Source of the DNA: Candidatus Acidiferrum sp.
GTDB taxonomy: Bacteria; Acidobacteriota; Terriglobia; Acidiferrales; UBA7541
NCBI GenBank assembly: GCA_036521695.1
Contig: DATDHE010000588.1
Location: forward strand, 3,752 to 67,751
Length of the DNA: 64,000 nucleotides
Reading direction: 5' to 3'
Below are positions 18,246-26,794 of the stretch, piece by piece. The number at the start of each line of letters is the position of its first letter. Position 1 is the stretch's first letter. The notes under the pieces were generated by a model, which did no database searches, was not told the origin of the DNA, and saw only the letters and a list, made by a program, of their open reading frames with translations. A program made the translations under genes and the position numbers.

Positions 18246-18273
18246 GTAGGGTCACGATATATCCTGCCCCTAC
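18246..18273. repeat. GTAG-type REP-like palindrome
   Basis: GTAGGGTCACGATA|TATCCTGCCCCTAC, 12 of 14 pairs, GTAG at both ends. Confidence 0.65.
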
Positions 18274-18413
18274 AATTGCAACTACGCCGTTCTACATTTG
18301 TGGAAACCGGTTCCTGTGAATCCGGATTCCTCTGCTTTGTGATTCTCCCTCGTGATTTATTTCCCTCGATGTGATGAGATGGAGCGGGTAATTCGTCAGG
18401 GGATTGCTTCTCA

Positions 18414-19286
18414 ATGACCTGGAAGCGCGTCGCGACAGCCGCCGTTCTAATCCCATGTGTAGTTGGCCTCGTGTTGTGGGGCTCGACCGCATTGCTCGCT
18501 CTCGGCACAGCGCTTGTGATTTTGCTCGCGCTATTTGAGTTCTTTGCTCTCGGCGATGCGATTGGTCACCGCCCCTATCGCTTCTGGACCGCTACCTGCG
18601 TCCTCGTACTCGTTTTCGTTCAATGGAACGCGCCCGGTGGACTGCCCGTGCCGATGATGCGTGTGGTCACGCGCGTTGGAATTCTTGGATCGTGGTTCGC
18701 CATGCCAACTCTGGAAGATGTTTTCTTCCTCTTCCTCGTTGGTGTTGCAGTGCTGACGCTTTGGACGAAGCGACCGATGGTAGAAGCCTTGCCGGCGGCG
18801 GGAATGAGTTCAAGCGGGTTGCTTCTTGTGGGGCTCCCTCTAACTTACGCCATCCGCCTGCACGCGAGCGGAACCGACGGACCGAGGCTGCTGATGTTTG
18901 TGTTAGTGATTACCTGGGCCGGGGATACGGCGGCTTATTTTGTAGGCCGTGCCATTGGAAAGCACCCACTGGCGCCAGTGTTAAGCCCCAAAAAATCTTG
19001 GGAGGGCACGATCGCCAGCATTCTAGGAGCGCTGCTCGTTGCCGTTGTTTTTGCGAGGTGGCTCTTGGTGCCGTTACCGCATCTGCTGGCAATGGCTGCT
19101 GTCGGCAACATCGCTGGGCAAGCCGGCGATTTGCTCGAATCGGCTTACAAGCGAAGCGCGGGAGTAAAAGACTCCGGATCGTTGCTGCCCGGGCATGGTG
19201 GTGTTCTGGACCGAATCGATGCGTTGATTCTGGCAATCCCTGTTGTCTGGTACTATTGGATTTGGATCTATTTGCCCAGCAGATAG
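18414..19286 (+). CDS. cdsA: Phosphatidate cytidylyltransferase
   Basis: DTAAYFVG, SPKKSWEG, GDLLESAYKR..KDSG.LLPGHGGVLDRID. Confidence 0.95.
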   Translation: MTWKRVATAAVLIPCVVGLVLWGSTALLALGTALVILLALFEFFALGDAIGHRPYRFWTATCVLVLVFVQWNAPGGLPVPMMRVVTRVGILGSWFAMPTLEDVFFLFLVGVAVLTLWTKRPMVEALPAAGMSSSGLLLVGLPLTYAIRLHASGTDGPRLLMFVLVITWAGDTAAYFVGRAIGKHPLAPVLSPKKSWEGTIASILGALLVAVVFARWLLVPLPHLLAMAAVGNIAGQAGDLLESAYKRSAGVKDSGSLLPGHGGVLDRIDALILAIPVVWYYWIWIYLPSR

Positions 19287-19374
19287 TTCCACCGGTCCTT
19301 CCACTCATGGGGAGGGAGACGGACCAGGATCTCTGTCCTACCAGTTCGGCGCTAAGCGGAGAAAAGAGTAGTCC

Positions 19375-20565
19375 TTGAAGCAACTATCCATTTTGGGTTC
19401 AACAGGTTCGATTGGGCGGCAGTGCCTTTCTGTTGTGGAGGCGTTGCCGGAGAGGTTTGCTATTGCCGCGCTGGCTGCGGGCAGCAATCTCGAGGAAATG
19501 ACCGGCCAAATTGAACGGCACCGACCGGAACTCGTTTCCGTTGGCGACGCGAATAAAGCGGATGAGCTTGCTTCCGCATTGCGAGCAAAAGGAATTTCTC
19601 CGCTGCCCGCCATCCACCATGGACGCGAAGGAATGCTGGTAGTCGGGACGCACTCCAAAGCAGACATCGTTGTCTCCGCAGCCGTTGGCGTCGTCGGGCT
19701 CGAAGCTACTTACGAGGCGGTCAGGCTAGGAAAGACCGTAGCACTCTCGAACAAGGAAGTCTTAGTTGCCGCAGGCGAATTGGTGATGGCTGCGGCGAAA
19801 AAAGCAGGGCGCGAATTGCTGCCCGTTGACAGCGAACACAATGCCGTTCACCAATGTTTGCGCGGGGGAACGCATGGCGAGGTGCAGCGGCTGGTGTTGA
19901 CCGCTTCGGGCGGGCCTTTTCGCACGACACCGCTCTCCGAGCTCGACAATGTGTCTCCAGAGAAGGCGCTGACGCATCCAAACTGGAAGATGGGCAACCG
20001 CATTACCATCGATTCCGCCACGATGATGAACAAGGGATTCGAGGTGATCGAGGCGCGCTGGCTTTTCGGCGTGCGGCCCGAGCAAATCGACGTTGTGATT
20101 CACCCGCAGTCCACCATTCATTCGATGGTCGAGTTCGTGGACGGCTCGATTCTGGCGCAACTTGGTCCCACGGACATGCGAATGCCCATCCAATATGCGT
20201 TAACCTATCCAGAGAGAGTAGCGTCTAATCAGGTAGCCCTGGATTGGCGCAAGCTGCGGCGGCTCGATTTCGCAAAAGTTTCCACACGGCGGTTCCCTTG
20301 CCTTCGTCTGGCTCGCGAAGCCATGAAGAAGGGCGGGGCACTGCCTTGCGCCCTGAATGCAGCGGATGAGGTTGCGGTAGCGGCCTTTCTTGAGCGGCGC
20401 CTGTCGTTTCGGGGAATCGCGGAAGTGATCGAACGCGTGCTGGCGCGAACGCCGCGTGTTCGCTTTGAAAAGATGGGCGAGGTGTTGGCCGCCGACGCGG
20501 AAGCGCGCCGTACGGCGAAAGAAGAAGTCGAGCGTTTATCGGTAAAGGCAGCCGCGGTATCATAA
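19375..20565 (+). CDS. dxr: 1-deoxy-D-xylulose-5-phosphate reductoisomerase
   Basis: ILGSTGSIG, LPVDSEHNA, TASGGPFR, HPNWKMG, NKGFEVIEA. Confidence 0.97.
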   Translation: MKQLSILGSTGSIGRQCLSVVEALPERFAIAALAAGSNLEEMTGQIERHRPELVSVGDANKADELASALRAKGISPLPAIHHGREGMLVVGTHSKADIVVSAAVGVVGLEATYEAVRLGKTVALSNKEVLVAAGELVMAAAKKAGRELLPVDSEHNAVHQCLRGGTHGEVQRLVLTASGGPFRTTPLSELDNVSPEKALTHPNWKMGNRITIDSATMMNKGFEVIEARWLFGVRPEQIDVVIHPQSTIHSMVEFVDGSILAQLGPTDMRMPIQYALTYPERVASNQVALDWRKLRRLDFAKVSTRRFPCLRLAREAMKKGGALPCALNAADEVAVAAFLERRLSFRGIAEVIERVLARTPRVRFEKMGEVLAADAEARRTAKEEVERLSVKAAAVS

Positions 20566-20592
20566 GGGTCGGAAGAAGGGAAAGACGGAGAT

Positions 20593-21936
20593 ATGGGAGC
20601 GGTTTACCTCATAGTTGGCGTGGTCCTCGTGCTTGGCGTAATGGTCCTGGTGCACGAATGGGGACATTTCATTGTTGCGCGGCTTTGTGGCGTGCGCGTG
20701 GATGTATTTTCGATCGGGTTCGGCCCCCGGCTTTTTGGATGGAAGAAGGGTGTAACGGATTATCGCGTCAGCGCGCTGCCATTAGGCGGGTACGTACGCA
20801 TGGCCGGGCAGGATCTCTCCGAGGTTGATTCGGGGGATAAGCCGCCGACGGGCGCGCCGGACGAACTGATGAGCAAGCCGCGTTGGCAGCGGGCGTTGAT
20901 CTCGTTCGCAGGTCCGGCTGTGAACCTGATCTTGCCGATATTTCTTCTCACAGGACTTTTTGCCGTTGCCGGAGTGCCGTATCCCGCCTATCTGGATGAG
21001 CCGGTGCACGTGACGGGATTGCCTGCGAATTCTGACTCCGTGCCGAGCCCATTGAAAGTGGGCGATACCGTGCTCTCGATAAATGGGACGCCGACTCCGA
21101 ATTGGGAGCAAGCCTTCCTGGCGCTCAAGCAGGTCGTTCCAGGGACCACTCTGAAGATGGAAGTGGAGGATGGCGGAAAGCGCCAAACGATTGAGGTGCC
21201 TGTCAAGGACAAGTCCGACCCGAGCCGAATCTTTGGATATTTGCCGATTCGTCCCATCATTGACCAGGTCGGCCAGGGCGCTCCCGCTGACCGCGCGGGT
21301 TTGCAAGAAGGGGATCTGATCACCGCGGTAAACGGAAACCACATCGACTACTGGGAACAGTTCCAGCAGTTGACCAGGTCCTCGAATGGCCAGCCCATGA
21401 CTCTAGACCTTATGCGCAAGGGGCAGCCTGTGCGTCTGGTCGTGACGCCGGAAAAAGGGGCCGCGGGAACCGGCGAGAACGTCTATCAGATAGGCATTGG
21501 TCCGCGCGATGAGACCGCATACAAGCACGTCTCGCTTAGCGAGAGCGTAAAGATTGCCGCAGTCGAGACTGGGGATACCATCGCGCAGACTGTGGAAGTG
21601 GTTGGAAAGCTCTTCAGCGGACGCGTTTCGATTAAACAGCTTCAAGGGCCGGTCGGAATTTCCCATATGGCGGGGCAGGCCGTGCGGAAGGGGCCGCCTT
21701 ACGTTATAACTCTGATGGTGGTGATCAGCATTAACCTGGGGATCCTGAATCTCCTGCCGATTCCTATTCTTGATGGCGGAAATATTCTGCTGCTGGCGAT
21801 TGAAGGGATCATGCGGCGCGATCTGAGCCTGAGCTTCAAAGAGCGCTTCGTGCAGGTTGGGCTGGTGTTCCTCTTGGTCATATTCGCGATTGTCATGTAC
21901 CATGACATTTTGCGGCAGGTTTCCAGTCACTCATAA
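20593..21936 (+). CDS. rseP: RIP metalloprotease RseP
   Basis: HEWGH, two PDZ-like segments, NLLPIPILDGG. Confidence 0.95.
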   Translation: MGAVYLIVGVVLVLGVMVLVHEWGHFIVARLCGVRVDVFSIGFGPRLFGWKKGVTDYRVSALPLGGYVRMAGQDLSEVDSGDKPPTGAPDELMSKPRWQRALISFAGPAVNLILPIFLLTGLFAVAGVPYPAYLDEPVHVTGLPANSDSVPSPLKVGDTVLSINGTPTPNWEQAFLALKQVVPGTTLKMEVEDGGKRQTIEVPVKDKSDPSRIFGYLPIRPIIDQVGQGAPADRAGLQEGDLITAVNGNHIDYWEQFQQLTRSSNGQPMTLDLMRKGQPVRLVVTPEKGAAGTGENVYQIGIGPRDETAYKHVSLSESVKIAAVETGDTIAQTVEVVGKLFSGRVSIKQLQGPVGISHMAGQAVRKGPPYVITLMVVISINLGILNLLPIPILDGGNILLLAIEGIMRRDLSLSFKERFVQVGLVFLLVIFAIVMYHDILRQVSSHS

Positions 21937-21967
21937 CCCGCGCTAGCCGCACGCCAGGAGGCGACAA

Positions 21968-22462
21968 ATGTCTGTATCGCCGGGCCACCGGGTCTCGACC
22001 GGCGAGCGCCTTAATACTTCAGATACAACAGGAAAACTGCAGCAGGCCATACGGGAGCGCGGCATTCGGCTCACCCGGCAGAGGCGCGTCATTCTCGAGG
22101 TCATGGACGCCGCCGAGCAGCACCTGGATGTGGATCAGATCTTGGAACGTGCACGGAAGATCGATTCCGGCGTGCATCTTGTCACCGTCTACCGGACGAT
22201 CGATCTTCTTAAAAAACAAGGACTTATCGACGAGCTCGACCTGCTGCACTTGCGCGGCGACCGTCATTATTACGAGAGCCACGGTCCTCGTGACCACATT
22301 CACGTGGCTTGCCTGGGGTGCGGCAAGGTCCGCGAGTTCGAGAGCCGCCTTTACGAGCAACTGAAACAGCAGATTGCCCGGGATTTCAAGATGAAGGTCA
22401 CGGTTTCTCGGACCGAAGTGGGCGGATACTGCGAAGAGTGCTTGGCCAAGACTCCCTCCTAA
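21968..22462 (+). CDS. Fur-family transcriptional repressor
   Basis: RLTRQR, TVYRTIDLL, HIHVACLGC and CEEC Zn site. Confidence 0.9.
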   Translation: MSVSPGHRVSTGERLNTSDTTGKLQQAIRERGIRLTRQRRVILEVMDAAEQHLDVDQILERARKIDSGVHLVTVYRTIDLLKKQGLIDELDLLHLRGDRHYYESHGPRDHIHVACLGCGKVREFESRLYEQLKQQIARDFKMKVTVSRTEVGGYCEECLAKTPS

Positions 22463-22663
22463 GTTATTTTATTTCCGTCAGATACGAGACGAAGGCTGAT
22501 TCTTTCCTTGCTGGTTGCACTGGCCTGGCCTTTCGTGGACCAATATGTTTGTTCTATCATGCAGCCGCCGGCACCAGAGCAGGCAAGCCTGAGTGGGGGG
22601 ACCGCTGGGGATCTTCGCAGCATGTGGCAGTAGTCTGACGTTGCGGGCCGCTTGGGACTGGGC

Positions 22664-24484
22664 TCAAGCGGATACGCGGGAAGATCGGAATCGACGCAAG
22701 CGCGTGAAGAATATGTCGGCGCGGGTGATGTCTTGGGCAATTTGGGCGCGCAATTCTTCAGGGCCGCTGAATTTTTTCTCCTCACGCAGGCGCTTCCAGA
22801 ATTGCACTTCAATACTTGTGGGTGACGCTCCGCCGAGAGGCTCGAGGACGTGGGTCTCGACGCAGAGACTGGAACCGTTAAAGGTGGGGCGCACTCCGAT
22901 GTTTGTTACCGAGCGGCGGCTGCGCGTTTCGCCATCGATGCGGGTGCGCGTCACATAGACACCGCGCGCGGGGAGTAATTCCTGTTCCGCAGCAAGATTC
23001 AACGTTGGAAATGTGAAACGACGGCCCGTGCCTGTGCCGGGGACGACCTTTCCGCTGAGCGTGAAGGGACGGCCCAGGAGGCGGGCGGCGTGAGAGACGT
23101 CGCCGGCAACAATTTCGCGGCGGATGATGGTGCTGGAGACGACTTCGTTTTTGTAGACCACGTGCGGGATGATGACCACGTCGAAGCCGCGCTCGGCGCC
23201 GAACAGCAGAAGCATTCGGGCATCGCCGGCCTGCTTGTGGCCGAAGCGGAAATTCTCGCCGACAAACACGGCGCGGACGTGAAGATCGCGGACCAGTATT
23301 TGATCGACAAATTCCTGAGGCGTGAGCTTTGCGATGTCGTGAGTGAACGGAAGAACGACGGCGGCGTCCATGCCCATGGCGGCGAAACAGTTCAGGCGCT
23401 GCTCGGTGGTGGACACGCGCAACGGGGCGGACTCCGGGCGGAGAACTTTCTGAGGAAGGGGATCAAACGTCAGAGCGGTTGCCACCGCATCGATCTCGCG
23501 GGCGCGCGCAACGGCGGCCTGCAAAATGGCCTGGTGGCCCAGGTGGATGCCGTCAAAATTGCCGATAGCGAGCGTGCTGCCGCTGTGCGAACCCGCATAC
23601 CGAATTGACCAAGCCAGGGGAGTAGAAAACAGTTCGAGGGGTGCGGACTGGGTGACGGCTGATTTTGAGGCTTCGTGCTGTGCGGCGAATTCGTCCACAT
23701 TCACTTCAATTTCAAGGCCGTCGTAGGCGAGCCGCACGTTTGAATAGCCGAGGTTGCGCAGGCGCTCGTTGGTTTCCGCGTGGGCCAAATCGTGGGCGAT
23801 GTGGGTAAACCACGCGCGGCGAGGGTTTAGCTTTTTGATCAGCGCGAGGGCTTGATCCACGGTTTGATGCATGGGGTGAGGGATATCGCGCAACGCATCG
23901 ATGATCAGCTCGTCGAGATCCTGCAGGAGAGCGAGCGAGGAATCGGGCAGCGAACTGAAGTCGGTCAAGTAAGCGGCGCGGCCAAAGCGGAAGCCCAAAA
24001 CTTCCATGTCGCCGTGCAAGAGCGGAATCGGAGTAAACGTGATGCCCAAAAGCTCGAATGGCTCTTTGGCTTCGCGAAGGGTGACGCTCGGAATGGAGCT
24101 GAGCTTCGGTTTTCCGTCGAAGACGTATGCAAACGCGCGACGAATGATGTCGAAAGTTTCCCCGTTGGAGTAAACGGGAAGAGAGGTTTGCTGTCGAAGA
24201 TTGTAGGGGCGAATATCGTCGAAACCCATGATGTGATCGGCGTGGCCGTGTGTCAGCAAGACAGCATCGAGGCGATCGACGCCGGCGCGCAAACCTTGCT
24301 GTCGAAAATCTGGGGTGGTGTCGATAACGACGTTCTGGCCGTTGCGCGAGAGGAGCAGGGAAGGGCGCAGCCGGTTGTCATGCGGGTCGAGCGAGCTGCA
24401 GACGCGGCAGTGGCATCCGAGCGAGGGAACGCCCATGGACGTGCCAGAGCCGAGTACGGTGATTTTTAATGGAGCCTGGGGCAT
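22664..24484 (-). CDS. ribF: Fusion: PhnP-like MBL-fold hydrolase + bifunctional FAD synthetase/riboflavin kinase
   Basis: N-half LGSGTSMGVP, THGHADH, YLTD, THIAH, AYDG; C-half IGNFDGIHLGHQ, GENFRFG, VSSTIIR, FPTLNL, NIGVRPT, VETH, LREEKKF; one uninterrupted ORF. Confidence 0.9.
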   Translation of the reverse strand: MPQAPLKITVLGSGTSMGVPSLGCHCRVCSSLDPHDNRLRPSLLLSRNGQNVVIDTTPDFRQQGLRAGVDRLDAVLLTHGHADHIMGFDDIRPYNLRQQTSLPVYSNGETFDIIRRAFAYVFDGKPKLSSIPSVTLREAKEPFELLGITFTPIPLLHGDMEVLGFRFGRAAYLTDFSSLPDSSLALLQDLDELIIDALRDIPHPMHQTVDQALALIKKLNPRRAWFTHIAHDLAHAETNERLRNLGYSNVRLAYDGLEIEVNVDEFAAQHEASKSAVTQSAPLELFSTPLAWSIRYAGSHSGSTLAIGNFDGIHLGHQAILQAAVARAREIDAVATALTFDPLPQKVLRPESAPLRVSTTEQRLNCFAAMGMDAAVVLPFTHDIAKLTPQEFVDQILVRDLHVRAVFVGENFRFGHKQAGDARMLLLFGAERGFDVVIIPHVVYKNEVVSSTIIRREIVAGDVSHAARLLGRPFTLSGKVVPGTGTGRRFTFPTLNLAAEQELLPARGVYVTRTRIDGETRSRRSVTNIGVRPTFNGSSLCVETHVLEPLGGASPTSIEVQFWKRLREEKKFSGPEELRAQIAQDITRADIFFTRLRRFRSSRVSA

Positions 24485-24547
24485 GCTGAGAAAGCTAAAA
24501 CTCTTTCGAACACCGGACCGAAATTGCTGTACAAAGACTGCCGCTTG

Positions 24548-25027
24548 CTAAGGCCGCATCTTGGCTTTAGGCAAGGCCGCTGCGGCTTGTGCCGCAACCG
24601 CTTGATTGACCTCGAGATAGGTCATCTTCAGTTTGCCCAAAAGATCGAGCAGGAGGGCGTCTTCCTCCGGCGCGAGGTTTCCCTTGGTTTTTTCGTGCAG
24701 GGAATCGAGCATGTCGATCAATTCATGCGCGGCTTCCGGATCAATCACCGGCTGGCCAGTGCGCGGGTCGGCGTAGGCGCCCAGGACCATCGCTGCGTTG
24801 CTGCCTAGCATGCGGACAAGATTCTCGAAAGGCGCAGAGCGCTTGGGAACTTCGATGGGCGGCTGCGGCGTGACTGACTTGGGAGCCTCAGCAACGGGGT
24901 GCAGGCGTTCCTCGCGCTTGGCCTCGCGTTCCTTTTCTTCCAGGGCTTCCTTGCGGACTTCGCCGTCGGCGGTAAAGGGGCGGCGATCGATAACGCGGAA
25001 TGATTCTTCCTTCTTCTGATCGGTCAA
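24548..25027 (-). CDS. DUF1844-like protein
   Basis: FRVIDRR N-terminus; IDMLDSLHEKTKGNLAPEE motif. Confidence 0.8.
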   Translation of the reverse strand: MTDQKKEESFRVIDRRPFTADGEVRKEALEEKEREAKREERLHPVAEAPKSVTPQPPIEVPKRSAPFENLVRMLGSNAAMVLGAYADPRTGQPVIDPEAAHELIDMLDSLHEKTKGNLAPEEDALLLDLLGKLKMTYLEVNQAVAAQAAAALPKAKMRP

Positions 25028-25207
25028 GGGGAATATCCTCGTCGGTTATTTTCTGTTTAAGTTTAGCACGGGTGGGAGAATTCGGGTGCGGCGTAGGTAG
25101 ACGGGCAGGGGTGGGGCCCACGTCCGGTTGGGTGTCTATAAGGCACTATCTAAGCGCAAGACGCAGAATAAATTCGCTAAGTCACAAGGAACTGGCACAG
25201 GCGGGGC

Positions 25208-25247
25208 AAAACAGGGAGGCGCTCGGAAAACTCACAAGCGCCTCCCT
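25208..25247 (-). terminator. Intrinsic terminator
   Basis: AGGGAGGCGCT-13 nt-AGCGCCTCCCT followed by GTTTT on the minus strand. Confidence 0.8.
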
Positions 25248-25253
25248 ACTACG

Positions 25254-25274
25254 TCAACGTAAACCGTACCTCAC
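25254..25274 (-). CDS. Putative hexapeptide MRYGLR
   Basis: GTG AGG TAC GGT TTA CGT TGA, 7 nt after GGAGG. Confidence 0.4.
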   Translation of the reverse strand: MRYGLR

Positions 25275-25331
25275 TGGATCACCTCCTTCTCGGCAGGAAC
25301 GCCGATATCGACAAGTGGGTCGAATGCCCCG

Positions 25332-25361
25332 ATTATAACGCAGGAATAGTGGAGATGTCAG
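25332..25361 (-). promoter_or_regulatory. Sigma70-like promoter
   Basis: CTGACA-18 nt-TATAAT (perfect -10 at 25337-25332). Confidence 0.65.
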
Positions 25362-25506
25362 GGCAAGCGTTCTCTTGACGTTTTGGCTTGGGCACGCAAA
25401 GCCAGTTACCGGTTATGTGAATTAGAACTTGGGCTCTTGCAGTTTGGATTGGCGCTTGTACAACAGTTTTATTGCGGAAGAGCTTGAGGGCCGGCAGAAC
25501 CCTCGC

Positions 25507-25896
25507 TCACTTGGCAGAAACAGGCTCCACTGACTTGACCTGAATGATGTTGGTCTTGGAATCTAGTGTGCCGGTGAGCTTGACCTTTTGTCCCGCGTAT
25601 TTTTCGGCCATCTCCTGGTTGTCTAGCTTGAAGGCGTCATGTTTGGTCATGAGCACATATTTACCGCCGCGGCTGTGAACGCAATAGCGCGTGCAGTCTT
25701 CTGCCGTGCTGCCCGCGTGCCCCATTTCGATCATTTCCTTGTGGGACCGGTTCAGAGAATGGACACCCATGGCGCATTGCGAATCGGCAATCTCGCCCTC
25801 AAAGGTTGTTTCGCCTGCGCCCGAAGCGGCCGGCCGCAAGAAGACCATGGCTGCCAGCAAGGCTGTAGAGATAAGAAATGTTCGTGTTTTAGTCAT
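25507..25896 (-). CDS. Secreted Cys/His/Met-rich protein, DUF5818-like
   Basis: Signal peptide; FEGEIADSQC..H..H..M..M.H..CTRYC, GGKYVL, KVKLTGTLD..IQVKSV. Confidence 0.7.
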   Translation of the reverse strand: MTKTRTFLISTALLAAMVFLRPAASGAGETTFEGEIADSQCAMGVHSLNRSHKEMIEMGHAGSTAEDCTRYCVHSRGGKYVLMTKHDAFKLDNQEMAEKYAGQKVKLTGTLDSKTNIIQVKSVEPVSAK

Positions 25897-25946
25897 CCCA
25901 TGCTCTCAATCGGCTGCGTGTCGTCTAAGGGATTCTGCGATCGGGC

Positions 25947-26396
25947 CTACAGTTCGACGATGAACTTCATGGTCATCTCCTCGTGTCCCTGGCTGCAGAT
26001 TACCGTGCAAATGACGATGTATTCGCCTGGCTCGCTTGGCGCGGTCAAATTGAATTCTTGGGTACCGGGTTTGAACAAGAGGTCCCAGCCGGGAACCGGT
26101 TTCCGGTCCGAGGCTCGCAACAACGCAAGTCCATGCACCGAACCATCTCGATTGTGGTTCTTGGCTTTAATTGCCGTAACGCGCAGGGTGAGCTCTTCGC
26201 CCGGTTTGGCTTTTATCGTGGGCTGCTTCTGACCTTGGATTTTGTACCGGCTGTCATGATCGGCCAATACCTCAATCACCCTCCGAGGCGTTTGGCTGGG
26301 GAGTGTTGGTTCGAGGCGAGAACAAATGGCGATTGCAAACAGGATGAATCGCCAGGGCATTCTCGTTCGTGCTGTAGACAATATCCGCGTAGTCAC
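25947..26396 (-). CDS. Secreted cupredoxin with CuA-type motif
   Basis: VHGL...PGEY...CTVICSQGHEEM (C-x3-C-x3-H-x2-M); GTG start overlaps the upstream stop (alternative ATG at 26360). Confidence 0.8.
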   Translation of the reverse strand: MTTRILSTARTRMPWRFILFAIAICSRLEPTLPSQTPRRVIEVLADHDSRYKIQGQKQPTIKAKPGEELTLRVTAIKAKNHNRDGSVHGLALLRASDRKPVPGWDLLFKPGTQEFNLTAPSEPGEYIVICTVICSQGHEEMTMKFIVEL

Positions 26397-26794
26397 TCCG
26401 TCATATAGCGCAGGATGAAGCGCCTGTCTTCGTCCGTGATGAGCGCGCGAACCCTCATGTGGCGCAGAATCGTGGCCATCGCCCGTGGTGGGAACTTTGG
26501 CGGCGCCATGTGGCAGCGTCCACAATTCGCTTGGAATCTCTTCTCGCCTTCCAGCCGCAAAGTGCGGTTGTTGTGGATGCCTGATGCTGCGGAGTCCTCG
26601 TGTGGCGAGGCGGATTTGTCTGTTAAAGCGGGTGGAGAGCTGGCAGGCGCCGAAAGTGCTGCCACTTGCTGGCTCGGGGAACCCGCGGAATTCGGCGCGG
26701 GCGGCGTATTTGCTTGGTCTTGGGCAACGGCGCTGACGAGGGAACTGGCGAGCAAGACCAAGGTAGCAGCGAATACGGCGTTTCGGTTTGTCAT
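26393..26794 (-). CDS. Secreted monoheme cytochrome c
   Basis: Signal peptide MTNRNAVFAATLVLLASSLVSAVAQ; GEKRFQANCGRCH; ATGA overlap with the upstream gene. Confidence 0.85.
   Translation of the reverse strand: MTNRNAVFAATLVLLASSLVSAVAQDQANTPPAPNSAGSPSQQVAALSAPASSPPALTDKSASPHEDSAASGIHNNRTLRLEGEKRFQANCGRCHMAPPKFPPRAMATILRHMRVRALITDEDRRFILRYMTE

Larger units (their letters stand above)
25208..25325 (-). ncRNA. Candidate small RNA / micro-peptide mRNA carrying an anti-16S-3'-end sequence
   Basis: Own promoter, two 5-bp hairpins, AAGGAGGTGATCCAG, 6-codon ORF, 11-bp terminator. Confidence 0.6.

Noticed and set aside
25274-25290. 16S rRNA gene fragment on the + strand (CTGGATCACCTCCTT)
   Set aside because: The flanks do not continue as 16S or ITS sequence; the promoter and terminator indicate transcription of the opposite strand
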